Positions 48,801 through 62,300 of a stretch of 64,000 bases of DNA are shown here, piece by piece (within the stretch, counting starts at the first letter, position 1; each line of letters starts with the position of its first letter). Origin of the DNA: Nemertoderma westbladi (taxonomy: Eukaryota; Animalia; Xenacoelomorpha); assembly GCA_032718475.1 (NCBI GenBank), contig JAUCBJ010005016.1:124001-188000 (forward strand), in the 5' to 3' direction. Under the pieces are notes generated by a model, which searched no databases, had not been told where the DNA came from, and was given only the letters and a program-made list of their open reading frames with translations. The position numbers and the translations under genes are program-made.

Positions 48801-51800
48801 ACCACCGGTCGTAATGGAGCGGGGGTATATGACGTAGTTTGTAGAAGAGACCACCGGTCCTAATGGAGCAGGGGTATATGATGTAGTTTGTAGAAGAGAC
48901 CACCAGTCCTAGTGCAGCGGGAGTATATTACGTAGTTTGTATGAGAGACCACTGGTCCTAATGGAGCGGGAGTATATGGCGTAGTTTGTAGAAGAGACCA
49001 CCAGACCTAATAGAGTGGGAGTATATGACGTAGTTTGTAGAAGAGACCACCAGTCCTAGTGGAACGGGAGTATATGACGTAGTTTGTAGAAGGGACCACT
49101 GGTCCTGATGGAGCGGGAGTATATGACGTAGTTTGTAGAAGGGACCACCAGTCCTAATGGAGCGGGGGTATATGACGTAATTTGTAGAAGAGACCACCGG
49201 TCCTAATGGAGCGGGAGTATATGATGTAGTTTGTAGAAGAGACCACCAGTCCTAATGGAGCGGGAGTATATGACGTAGTTTGTAGAAGAGACCACCGGTC
49301 CTAATGGAGCGGGAGTATATGACCTAGTTTGTAGAAGAGACCACCAGTCCTAGTGGAGCGGGAGTATATGACATAGTTTGTAGAAGAGACCACTGGTCCT
49401 AATGGAGTGGGGGTATATGACGTAGTTTGTAGAAGAGACCACCGGTCCTAATGGAGCGGGGGTATATGACGTAGTTTGTAGAAGAGACCACCAGTCCTAG
49501 TGGAGCGGGAGTATATTACGTAGTTTGTAGAAGGGACCACTGGTCCCAATGGAGCGGGAGTATATGGCGTAGTTTGTAGAAGAGACCACCAGACCTAATA
49601 GAGTGGGAGTATATGATGTAGTTTGTAGAAGAGACCACCAGTCCTAGTGGAGCGGGAGTATATGACATAGTTTGTAGAAGGGACCACCGGTCGTAATGGA
49701 GCGGGGGTATATGACGTAGTTTGTAGAAGAGACCACCAGTCCTAATGGAGCAGGGGTATATGATGTAGTTTGTAGAAGAGACCACCAGTCCTAGTGGAGC
49801 GGGAGTATATTACGTAGTTTGTAGAAGAGACCACTGGTCCTAATGGAGCGGGAGTATATGGCGTAGTTTGTAGAAGAGACCACCAGACCTAATGGAGTGG
49901 GAGTATATGACGTAGTTTGTAGAAGAGACCACCAGTCCTAGTGGAGCGGGAGTATATGCCGTAGTTTGTAGAAGGGACCACTGGTCCTAATGGAGCGGGA
50001 GTATATGACGTAGTTTGTAGAAGAGACAACCGGTCCTAATGGAGCGGGAGCATATGACGTAGTTTGTAGAAGAGACCACCGGTCCTAATGGAGCGGGAGT
50101 ATATGGCGTAGTTTGTAGAAGGGACCACTGGTCCTAATGGAGCGGGAGTATATGACGTAGTTTGTAGAAGAGACCAGCGGTCCTAATGGAGCGGGAGTAT
50201 ATGACGTAGTTTGTAGAAGAGACCACCAGTCCTAGTGGAGCGGGAGTATATGACGTAGTTTGTAGAAGAGACCACCGGTCCTAATGGAGCGGGAGTATAT
50301 GACGTAGTTTGTAGAAGAGACCACCGGTGCTAATGGAGCGGGGGTATATGACGTAGTTTGTAGAAGAGACCACTGGTCCTAATGGAGCGGGAATATATAT
50401 AGTAGTTTGTAGAAGAGACCACCGGTCCTAATGGAGCAGGGGTATATGACATAGTTTGTAGAAGAGACCACCAGTCCCAGTGGAACGGGAGTATATTACA
50501 TAGTTTGTAGAAGAGACCACTGGTCCTAATGGAGTGGGAGTATATGGCGTAGTTTGTAGAAGAGACCACCAGACCTAATGGAGTGGGAGTATATGACGTA
50601 GTTTGTAGAAGAGACCACCTGTCCTAGTGGAGCGGGAGTATATGACGTAGTTTGTAGAAGGGACCACTGGTCCTAATGGAGCGGGAGTATATGACGTAGT
50701 TTGTAGAAGGGACCACCAGTCCTAATGGAGCGGGGGTATATGACGTAGTTTGTAGAAGAGACCACCAGTCCTAGTGGAGCGGGAGTATATTACGTAGTTT
50801 GTAGAAGAGACCACTGGTCCTAATGGAGCGGGAGTATATGGCGTAGTTTGTAGAAGAGACCACCAGACCTAATGGAGTGGGAGTATATGACGTAGTTTGT
50901 AGAAGAGACCACCAGTCCTAGTGGAGCGGGAGTATATGACGTAGTTTGTAGAAGGGACCACTGGTCCTAATGGAGCGGGGGTATATGACGTAGTTTGTAG
51001 AAGAGACCACCGGTCCTAATGGAGCGGGGGTATATGACGTAGTTTGTAGAAGAGACCACCAGTCCTAGTGGAGCGGGAGTATATTACGTAGTTTGTAGAA
51101 GAGACCACTGGTCCTAATGGAGCGGGAGTATATGGCGTAGTTTGTAGAAGAGACCACCAGACCTAATGGAGTGGGAGTATATGACGTAGTTTGTAGAAGA
51201 GACCACCAGTCCTAGTGGAGCGGGAGTATATGACGTAGTTTGTAGAAGGGACCACCGGTCGTAATGGAGCGGGGGTATATGACGTAGTTTGTAGAAGAGA
51301 CCACCGGTCCTAATGGAGCAGGGGTATATGATGTAGTTTGTAGAAGAGACCACCAGTCCTAGTGGAGCGGGAGTATATTACGTAGTTTGTAGAAGAGACC
51401 ACTGGTCCTAATGGAGCGGGAGTATATGGCGTAGTTTGTAGAAGAGACCACCAGACCTAATAGAGTGGGAGTATATGACATAGTTTGTAGAAGAGACCAC
51501 CAGTCCTAGTGGAACGGGAGTATATGACGTAGTTTGTAGAAGGGACCACTGGTCCTGATGGAGCGGGAGTATATGACGTAGTTTGTAGAAGGGACCACCA
51601 GTCCTAATGGAGCGGGGGTATATGACGTAATTTGTAGAAGAGACCACCGGTCCTAATGGAGCGGGAGTATATGATGTAGTTTGTAGAAGAGACCACCAGT
51701 CCTAATGGAGCGGGAGTATATGACGTAGTTTGTAGAAGAGACCACCGGTCCAAATGGAGCGGGAGTATATGACCTAGTTTGTAGAAGAGACCACCAGTCC

Positions 51801-54800
51801 TAGTGGAGCGGGAGTATATGACATAGTTTGTAGAAGAGACCACTGGTCCTAATGGAGCGGGGGTATATGACGTAGTTTGTAGAAGAGACCACCGGTCCTA
51901 ATGGAGCGGGGGTATATGACGTAGTTTGTAGAAGAGACCACCAGTCCTAGTGGAGCGGGAGTATATTACGTAGTTTGTAGAAGGGACCACTGGTCCCAAT
52001 GGAGCGGGAGTATATGGCGTAGTTTGTAGAAGAGACCACCAGACCTAATAGAGTGGGAGTATATGATGTAGTTTGTAGAAGAGACCACCAGTCCTAGTGG
52101 AGCGGGAGTATATGACATAGTTTGTAGAAGGGACCACCGGTCGTAATGGAGCGGGGGTATATGACGTAGTTTGTAGAAGAGACCACCAGTCCTAATGGAG
52201 CAGGGGTATATGATGTAGTTTGTAGAAGAGACCACCAGTCCTAGTGGAGCGGGAGTATATTACGTAGTTTGTAGAAGAGACCACTGGTCCTAATGGAGCG
52301 GGAGTATATGGCGTAGTTTGTAGAAGAGACCACCAGACCTAATGGAGTGGGAGTATATGACATAGTTTGTAGAAGAGACCACCAGTCCTAGTGGAGCGGG
52401 AGTATATGCCGTAGTTTGTAGAAGGGACCACTGGTCCTAATGGAGCGGGAGTATATGACGTAGTTTGTAGAAGAGACAACCGGTCCTAATGGAGCGGGAG
52501 CATATGACGTAGTTTGTAGAAGAGACCACCGGTCCTAATGGAGCGGGAGTATATGGCGTAGTTTGTAGAAGGGACCACTGGTCCTAATGGAGCGGGAGTA
52601 TATGACGTAGTTTGTAGAAGAGACCAGCGGTCCTAATGGAGCGGGAGTATATGACGTAGTTTGTAGAAGAGACCACCAGTCCTAGTGGAGCGGGAGTATA
52701 TGACGTAGTTTGTAGAAGAGACCACCGGTCCTAATGGAGCGGGAGTATATGACGTAGTTTGTAGAAGAGACCACCGGTGCTAATGGAGCGGGGGTATATG
52801 ACGTAGTTTGTAGAAGAGACCACCAGTCCTAGTGGAGCGGGAGTATATTACGTAGTTTGTAGAAGAGACCACCAGTCCTAGTGGAGCGGGAGTATATTAT
52901 GTAGTTTGTAGAAGAGACCACTGGTCCTAATGGAGCGGGAATATATATAGTAGTTTGTAGAAGAGACCACTGGTCCTAATGGAGCAGGGGTATATGACAT
53001 AGTTTGTAGAAGAGACCACCAGTCCTAGTGGAGCGGGAGTATATTACATAGTTTGTAGAAGAGACCACTGGTCCTAATGGAGTGGGAGTATATGGCGTAG
53101 TTTGTAGAAGAGACCACCAGACCTAATGGAGTGGGAGTATATGACGTAGTTTGTAGAAGAGACCACCTGTCCTAGTGGAGCGGGAGTATATGACGTAGTT
53201 TGTAGAAGGGACCACTGGTCCTAATGGAGCGGGAGTATATGACGTAGTTTGTAGAAGGGACCACCAGTCCTAATGGAGCGGGGGTATATGACGTAGTTTG
53301 TAGAAGAGACCACCAGTCCTAGTGGAGCGGGAGTATATTACGTAGTTTGTAGAAGAGACCACTGGTCCTAATGGAGCGGGAGTATATGGCGTAGTTTGTA
53401 GAAGAGACCACCAGACCTAATGGAGTGGGAGTATATGACGTAGTTTGTAGAAGAGACCACCAGTCCTAGTGGAGCGGGAGTATATGACGTAGTTTGTAGA
53501 AGGGACCACTGGTCCTGATGGAGCGGGAGTATATGACGTAGTTTGTAGAAGGGACCACCAGTCCTAATGGAGCGGGGGTATATGACGTAGTTTGTAGAAG
53601 AGACCACCGGTCCTAATGGAGCGGGAGTATATGATGTAGTTTGTAGAAGAGACCACCAGTCCTAATGGATCGGGAGTATATGACGTAGTTTGTAGAAGAG
53701 ACCACTGGTCCTAATGGAGCGGGAGTATATGACGTAGTTTGTAGAAGAGACCACCAGTCCTAGTGGAGTGGGAGTATATGACGTAGTTTGTAGAAGGGAC
53801 CACCAGTCCTAATGGAGCGGGGGTATATGACGTAGTTTGTAGAAGAGACCACTGGTCCTAATGGAGCGGGGGTATATGATGTAGTTTGTAGAAGAGACCA
53901 CCGGTCCTAATGGAGCGGGAGTATATGACGTAGTTTGTAGAAGAGACCACCAGTCCTAGTGGAGCGGGAGTATATGACGTAGTTTGTAGAAGAGACCACC
54001 GGTCCTAATGGAGCAGGGGTATATGATGTAGTTTGTAGAAGAGACCACCAGTCCTAGTGGAGCGGGAGTATATTACGTAGTTTGTAGAAGAGACCACTGG
54101 TCCTAATGGAGCGGGAGTATATGGCGTAGTTTGTAGAAGAGACCACCAGACCTAATAGAGTGGGAGTATATGACGTAGTTTGTAGAAGAGACCACCAGTC
54201 CTAGTGGAGCGGGAGTATATGACGTAGTTTGTAGAAGGGACCACCGGTCGTAATGGAGCGGGGGTATATGACGTAGTTTGTAGAAGAGACCACCAGTCCT
54301 AATGGAGCAGGGGTATATGATGTAGTTTGTAGAAGAGACCACCAGTCCTAGTGGAGCGGGAGTATATTACGTAGTTTGTAGAAGAGACCACTGGTCCTAA
54401 TGGAGCGGGAGTATATGGCGTAGTTTGTAGAAGAGACCACCAGACCTAGTGGAGTGGGAGTATATGACGTAGTTTGTAGAAGAGACCACCAGTCCTAGTG
54501 GAGCGGGAGTATATGCCGTAGTTTGTAGAAGAGACAACCGGTCCTAATGGAGCGGGAGCATATGACGTAGTTTGTAGAAGAGACCACCGGTCCTAATGGA
54601 GCGGGAGTATATGGCGTAGTTTGTAGAAGGGACCACTGGTCCTAATGGAGCGGGAGTATATGACGTAGTTTGTAGAAGAGACCACCGGTCCTAATGGAGC
54701 GGGAGTATATGACGTAGTTTGTAGAAGAGACCACCAGTCCTAGTGGAGCGGGAGTATATGACGTAGTTTGTAGAAGAGACCACCGGTCCTAATGGAGCGG

Positions 54801-55846
54801 GAGCATATGACGTAGTTTGTAGAAGAGACCACCGGTGCTAATGGAGCGGGAGTATATGACGTAGTTTGTAGAAGGGACCACTGGTCCTAATGGAGCGGGA
54901 GTATATGACGTAGTTTGTAGAAGAGACCACCGGTCCTAATGGAGCGGGAGTATATGACGTAGTTTGTAGAAGAGACCACTGGTCCTAATGGAGCGGGAGT
55001 ATATGACGCAGTTTGTAGAAGAGACCACCGGTCCTAATGGAGCGGGAGTATATGACGTAGTTTGTAGAAGAGACCACCGGTCCTAGTGGAGCGGGAGTAT
55101 ATGATGTAGTTTGTAGAAGAGACCACTGGTCCTAATGGAGCGGGAGTATATGACGTAGTTTGTAGAAGAGACCACCGGTCCTAATGGAGCGGGAGTATAT
55201 GACGTAGTTTGTAGAAGAGACCACCGGTCCTAATGGAGCAGGAGTATATGGCGTAGTTTGTAGAAGGGACCACTGGTCCTAATGGAGCAGGAGTATATGA
55301 CGTAGTTTGTAGAAGAGACCACCAGTCCTAGTGGAGCGGGAGTATATGACGTAGTTTGTAGAAGGGACCACCGGTCGTAATGGAGCGGGGGTATATGACG
55401 TAGTTTGTTGAAGAGACCACCAGTCCTAATGGAGCAAGGGTATATGATGTAGTTTGTAGAAGAGACCACCAGTCCTAGTGGAGCGGGAGTATATTACGTA
55501 GTTTGTAGAAGAGACCACTGGTCCTAATGGAGCGGGAGTATATGGCGTAGTTTGTAGAAGAGACCACCAGACCTAATGGAGTGGGAGTATATGACGTAGT
55601 TTGTAGAAGAGACCACCAGTCCTAGTGGAGCGGGAGTATATGCCGTAGTTTGTAGAAGAGACAACCGGTCCTAATGGAGCGGGAGCATATGACGTAGTTT
55701 GTAGAAGAGACCACCGGTCCTAATGGAGCGGGAGTATATGGCGTAGTTTGTAGAAGGGACCACTGGTCCTAATGGAGCGGGAGTATATGACGTAGTTTGT
55801 AGAAGAGACCACCGGTCCTAATGGAGCGGGAGTATATGACGTAGTT
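42888..55846 (+). repeat. 49-bp satellite array (~264 monomers), richer in variants
   Basis: Same monomer; extra variants (GGGGTA, AGACCT, TTACGT) and block duplications. Confidence 0.99.
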
Positions 55847-57171
55847 TGTAAAAGCTTTTGTGGGATAACTGATTCGTTTGCCTTGCTAACCAGTTCCCCC
55901 CAGGCGCTGGAATACTCTAAAAAAGGGATCTATAACTCGAATAGCGCAAGCTACCGGCTGATTGGCTGATTCGCTGTGCGAAGGGATCTGGGCTACGTTT
56001 GATTGTCCAACCAGCTTGGGAAAGTTGCCCCACAGCCCTGCTTTCTGTATCTGCCAATAGGATTTGAGTTGATTTTGATTTCGACCTATCACAGATCTAC
56101 TGAACTGAATTTTCCTATCTGTATGCTCTTTCTCTGTGTTGGGTGGAAGCCTTTGTAAATAAGGTTATTCTTATCAGTTTTCAGTGTTGTTGGTCTTTCT
56201 GTCCTGAGCCAGGAGAGAACGGCTTGTAAATATTTTGTGCTTTTCTGTTTTAGTCTAACACTAGTAGGCTTAATTATAAGGACATATATCCGTTATCAAA
56301 CTAATGAACACACTGAATCACTGTGCATAACAATCCAATTCAAACTGATGTTTGGTCTTTCTTGCATACTTTTATATTACTATTTTTACTACTATTTTTA
56401 TCTCTACTATTATTACTACTTTTATACTGCTATTTACTGTCAGTTCTTCATAATATGGTTGATGAATTATTATATTTGGAATAACGATAAATAACCCCGA
56501 AACCCAATATTCTTGATATACCGAAGGTAAGAGAGAAAGGTTACATATAACGATTGTGACTTATGTTAAAGTGGTTTGAAGTGAATCTAATGTTATTTGA
56601 TAGACCCTACATGAGTCGGTCCGTGTTCCTTTTATATATAACTAAAATCAGTGAAGATCGGCAGATCAGTGTGCAGTATTGTGCAGCATTGTGTATGAGT
56701 GAGACTGATAACGAAGCATTTCCTAAAGAATGCGCCATATATGTGAATTATAACTAAGCCATATCGTTGTGAGTAGTTTAAGTCATAACTCTGTTTATAT
56801 AGATAGAGCGCCACGTCCTAAAGGAACCTGTTAATATTTCCCGAAGGTGAATAATATTGTCAGAGATTATATAATACTGTCAGTCGAATAATACATTAGG
56901 CTTACATAGCAATAAGATTAAGCCGTCGAACCCAATCTCCCGGGTATATCCAGCGGGTGAATGATCGCGCACAGATTGGTTTCGACCAGTGTAGTGAATT
57001 AAATACTTGTCATAGGCTAAAAGTGATTTATTATCTAGAAGACATCCTAATTTGGCGGGTTAAACTGCCAAAGGTCTGAAAGCGCGAACAATAACGGATA
57101 TATGTTTCTTTATTGCAGTAAGCAATAAAGTTGAAAGTACCGGTCAACCGGTAAACCTGAACGGTACATCT

Positions 57172-57285
57172 GTAGGTCAGTAGGCCCAACTGCCAGAACC
57201 GGTACTGCCGTAGGTCCGTAGGTCCAACTGCCAGAACCGGTACTTCTGTAGGTCCGTAGGCCTAACTGTCCTAACCGGTACTTCC
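57172..57285 (+). repeat. 38-bp minisatellite x3
   Basis: GTAGGTCCGTAGGYCCAACTGCCAGAACCGGTACT unit. Confidence 0.85.
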
Positions 57286-57461
57286 CGTATAAGTACATTA
57301 GTATTATTCGATTTGATTGTTGCATACCGGTAGGCTGTTTAAGAGATTAGGGACTGTACACCCCTTGTTTCTTTTGGAGCTTACTTATTTCTGTCAATTT
57401 TATTTTATTTGTAGGCCAGTATTGAACAGAAGGCATGTAAGCCTGATCAGATTGTACAGAC

Positions 57462-58030
57462 AATTTGTAGGCTGAGCTGTTGTCTGATTGCTGTTAGGTC
57501 TGAACGGATTGCAGTGTGTGTAGATCACCTGTCAGATAAAGAACGGTTAGGAAGTAGGGGCAGCAAATGCTGTAAGGTAAACCCCCAACTAAAGAATAAG
57601 TCGTACTACTGGGTTAGAACGCATACTACCTAATCATTTCGGAGTCTGCATGTCCTGTAGTTTATTTAGGCTTGAGAGTAGTCTGCCATCGTTGAGTCTG
57701 TACTTTGTTTGTGTAAGTCTGTACGGGTAGCGTATAATATTTATTTAGATAATTTGTAGGCTGGATAGTTGTCTGGCTGTTGTTAGGTCTGAACGGATTG
57801 TAGTGTGTGTAGAGCCCTTGTCCGATAAAGAACGGTTAGGAAGTAGGGGCAGCCAATGCTGTAAGGTAAACCCCCAATTAAAGAATAAGTCGTACTACTG
57901 GGTTAGAACGCATACTACCTAATCATTTCGGAGTCTGCATATACCGTAGTTTGTTTAGGCTTGATAGTAGTCTGTCGGTATTTGGTCTGCATTTTGTTTG
58001 AGTATTTGTACGCGTAGCGTAATATTTATT
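57462..58030 (+). repeat. ~289-bp tandem duplication
   Basis: Copies begin AATTTGTAGGCTG at 57462 and 57751. Confidence 0.9.
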
Positions 58031-59352
58031 ATTCAGAGTTTATGCGATTATTCGCAACATTCATTCCCCAAGTTTGTTCCTACAATAATTGTGTTTGTTA
58101 TACATACCGCTATAGTTAAATTAACCCCGGTACTACACGGGCTGCTTGGCGTAGGTAAAGACTGGTGATTTTGTGCACCGGTCACTCCAGGAGATGCCGT
58201 GGTTCTTTTAACTGTTCAAGTATATTTAACTACTGATTATATGTTGTACAAGTACTCGTACCTAATTTAGGGTTTAGTGTACAGTGCTTTCCGAAAGTAA
58301 TTAGTGTAGGCATTATATTTGTGTTGTAAAGTGGTTGATAGGCACGTTCGATTAGCTCTATTAACTTCTAGGTGGGAACACTCCGTGATACATAACGTAG
58401 TACCTATAGCGATACGGCTATAGGTCGTCAGGCGGTGGTATTTTCCTATCTGGACAACGCAGTGTATTTACTACTACGTATTATTTTCAAATACCGCAGT
58501 ACCCTGTCCGTTGTAATAACCAGATTTCTAACCCTTTGTTAGGCTGGTTTGTAGACTTCTTGTAAAATTACCCTAAAAAATTCGTATTTTGTGTTTTTTG
58601 TAAATTTTTGTGTTTATTTAGAGATTGTAATCTCACCCGAATTGTACGTAATTTGTAGTATTAAGTAACTTAGGTAAATTAGTATTATTTGTTTTAGTGT
58701 CCTATAAGTAACACTTCACTGAAAGCGCACCGCTTTGTGTAGTGATTACTCCCTAGAAATAATAACATTTATTTCAAACATTGACAAAACCCATTAAAAC
58801 GGGTATATATATATTATAAATCAAATCTAACGATTTATAAATAGTAGGCCTACCATACAACCATTAGGTCTCAATATCAGTTGGATTACTGCTCAAATAA
58901 CGGTAATAAAGTAAGTAAAGTAACCAAGTAACCCAAAAAATTCAGAAATTCAATTATTTAAAATAATTGATATACCGGTATTTACGATAGGCCTATTATC
59001 TTCATTTCTATAAATTTAGGCTGAAACTATACCGGTACTTTATAATTAATTCTAGTCCAGAATTATAATTATATATACTACAAAACTGTAAGCTGTATAC
59101 CGGTATTCCCGATAGGCCTATTATATATTTATATATATTTGTGCTAAAATTATACCGGTATTCTGTGATAAACCTAGTCTGTAATAATAGTTATATATAC
59201 TATAAGCATACCGGTATTCTAATATATTATATATATCATGCTACACTGAGTAGCAGTACCGGTAATTAATTACTAGGCTATCAGTTAACACTGAGCTACT
59301 AGACTTGCTCAGACTGTAATACAGCAGTAGACATTCAACTGTACACATAAAC

Positions 59353-62300
59353 ATGTCTGATACTAAGCAGAACCTGTCAGACAGTTTATTAGATGTAACT
59401 ATCTGCGACTCAGATAGAGGCATAGAACCGTCTAGTCGTAAGTTCAGTTCACCTCCCACTGTGAGGAAGGTCATCCCTCCAGTAGTAATAAAAGAACCTA
59501 GGCTGGTCCAACATCGTAGGTCTATCATAGGCACTCGAGCTCAGGTCAAGCGGGACCAAGAAGCAGCGGAACAGCAACAACCCGCGAGCCAAGAACTTAC
59601 TTCTCAACGGCCCAACAGCTCTAGTAGTGAGGATACTGTAGAACTGACACCAGAACGCGGAGCAAAGATGATGGATGCGGTTTATTCGGATCCCCTTCTC
59701 ATCCTTCCTGCAGCCGTACTCACTAGGTTATTGATCGCTGTGGAAGAACACCAGATCGATTGGGCGAGAAGCCAGCGTTCAACTAGAGATAGTTATGCTG
59801 GATACACAAGGGAAGAACTGAAGTCCATGGTCGAGTCGCAATGGAACTTCCCCGGACCCGGACTCCTGTTTGATTTATCAGAAGCTGCCTGGGAAGACAT
59901 ACACCGGATGGGAGTAGCCAAGGAAACCATCGATCCAGCTGTGTGGAAGAGGTCCGCAGCCGGATACGCACAGGGATTCTTCAGCTCTATGGAGCGAGTA
60001 AAAGGACAACTGTTTCAACAACCACAAGGACCTCAAGAGCAGGGACAACTGCTTTATCAAGTTAGAGAAAGAATTCTACGAATCAGGCTAATATTATCGG
60101 CCTTTGAGGAGGCTTCTAAACGAAGGCAAGACACGTCGTTGCAAGTTGCCGTAAAGACCTGGTTTCAAAGGGTGAGTCTCCAGGTTCAAGGAACAGCTCA
60201 GTGGAAAGCTCAGCTGGAGGAGCGCTCAACCCATGGAGAATCTACAGACGCTACTTTTTCCCAAGTGGAAAGTGAAGCGACGGCAGAGAAACCGCATAAG
60301 AGGGATGCCATTGACATCTATCTGTCAGACTATCAACGTTTTTTAGGTGATGACGAGTTGAGGAGAAGGTTAGAGGGACTTAGCCCTAATAGTGAAGGAA
60401 CCAAGCTTGTGCTGGATGCCATCGATGTGGAAATGAGGGCTGCGAATCAGGCCAAATTTGATGAACAACTCCGCCTGACACGAGTCCAAGAAGAACAAGT
60501 AAAGAAAAAACGCATAGAAGACAGAAAGAAAGCAGCAGTGGTAGCTGCAGAAGCAGAAAGAAAAGCGGCAGCGGCAGAGGCAGCGGCAGAGGCAAAAGCA
60601 GCCGAAGCTGAAAGAAAAGCGGCAGCGGCAGCGGCAAAGGCAGCGGCAGAGGCAAAAGCGGCAGAAGCAGAAAGAAAGGCGGCAATGGCAGCGGCCGAAG
60701 CAGAAAGAAAGGCGGCAATGGCAGCGGCCGAAGCGGAAAGAAAAGCGGCAGAGGCAGTGGCAGAAGCAGAACGGAGAGCGGCTGAAGAAACCATCCAATT
60801 AGAATTGGAAAACATTCAGGAGAATCAAGACTGCATAAATAAACAGTTAACAGCTAGTAATATGCAGATGATGAATCGATCTACTCCCAAAAGACAGGGA
60901 TATACATCATCTGAGGAAGGCGATACCACCGATACTGAAGGCAAAGGAAATAGATCTCGTCTAAGCAGACGTAAAAGAACATTCCACCGTCAGAAATTGC
61001 CTGATTTGCCTCCAGCTGTTAGAAGGCAACTAAATAACACCAACTTAGGTAGTACAGAGCCCACAGACCAAATAATTAAAATAGAAAGACTCCCTACTAT
61101 AGTAGATGAGCCTGAAATAATTAGGCCTGTTCTTGAAATCACCCCTTCGGTGATAGATACACCTGTGCTCCCTGAAACTACCTCTAAATTCCCTCTGCAT
61201 AGCACTAAGCTACCTGTGCCCCGTAGAACTGCCCAGGAGACAGTTCAGGTCCTGGACCCCGAGCGAAATATTCCTGATTTGTCGCCCGTTGTCCCTCGTC
61301 CGCTCGCTACAACGTTGGCGACTCCCGCTTCGGCGGTCGAATGGGTGGACGAGAGACGGCGGGGGATGGATCTCCTGCTCGGGCAGATGCAGGAGACGGT
61401 TCAGCAATTCAAGTGCACAGTAAGGGAAAGTAGGCTTGAGTTGCAAGAAGTGCAGCAAAGTATCGCGCTAGAACGCGATAAATTAGTAAATACACAGAGG
61501 GGTATACCACCACCCCCTGTAACAATGTGTCAACCTGTTAGGTCTGAAGTATCTCATGCGCAAGGTGTGGAGCCTACACGCATATATACTGCTAGCGAAG
61601 TAGAAACTCCTATAGTGAACCCTATTAAGGGTAATTATAGACCTGTTGATAATGACATTCCCTATAGAACTGATCATAATCCGAGAAATTTATATACCGA
61701 TAACTCGATATTAAATAACACGATGGCCCAAGAAAGTTTTACGCGTCAAATGGCTAGAACCGAAGCCCGGCAAGCGGTAAAGGTGGGAGAGATCGTCAAG
61801 TTCAATGGAGATGAGATGAAATGGTTACCTTTTAATGAATATTACAAAGATAACATACAGAACTCTGTACTATCTAATGGAGAGAAACTTAGATTCCTCA
61901 TCGAGTGCTTGGAAGGATCTCCCAAGTTAATGGCGTTAAAGTTTATTGGACATCCAGACGGATTAAGACAAGTTTGGGATACACTAAACATCAGGTATGG
62001 TAATAGGAATAACATAGCTGGGTATTTGTATGCAAAGTTGGTAGCGCCCCGAAAGTTTATTAGCAACGGGATTATAGAGTTTTCCGATGAAATTCAGGAG
62101 ATCTGCAGACAATTAGATTGGCTAGGTAAGTCTCATGAGTATCAGAGTGCTATGGTTATTAGAGCAGTGGCCTCTACTTTACCGAAGGGTGGAGTAGGTA
62201 CACGCTGGGACAAGAAAGTGTTATACATGATGGAACAACAACAACGAGACCCTACCATGACTGATCTCATGACATTCTTGGATGGCGAAGTGAAATTACA

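Noticed and set aside
814-55469. Many 63-89 aa 'MVSSTNY...' minus-strand ORFs
   Set aside because: Chance frames through the 49-bp satellite, mostly without true ATG starts.
56191-56213. tRNA-Tyr primer-binding site (TGGTCTTTC...GAGCC)
   Set aside because: Only a partial match and not preceded by an LTR-ending CA.
60370-60815. Cys-, Leu/Pro- and Ala-rich minus-strand ORFs
   Set aside because: Antisense shadows of the repetitive plus-strand Gag helix.
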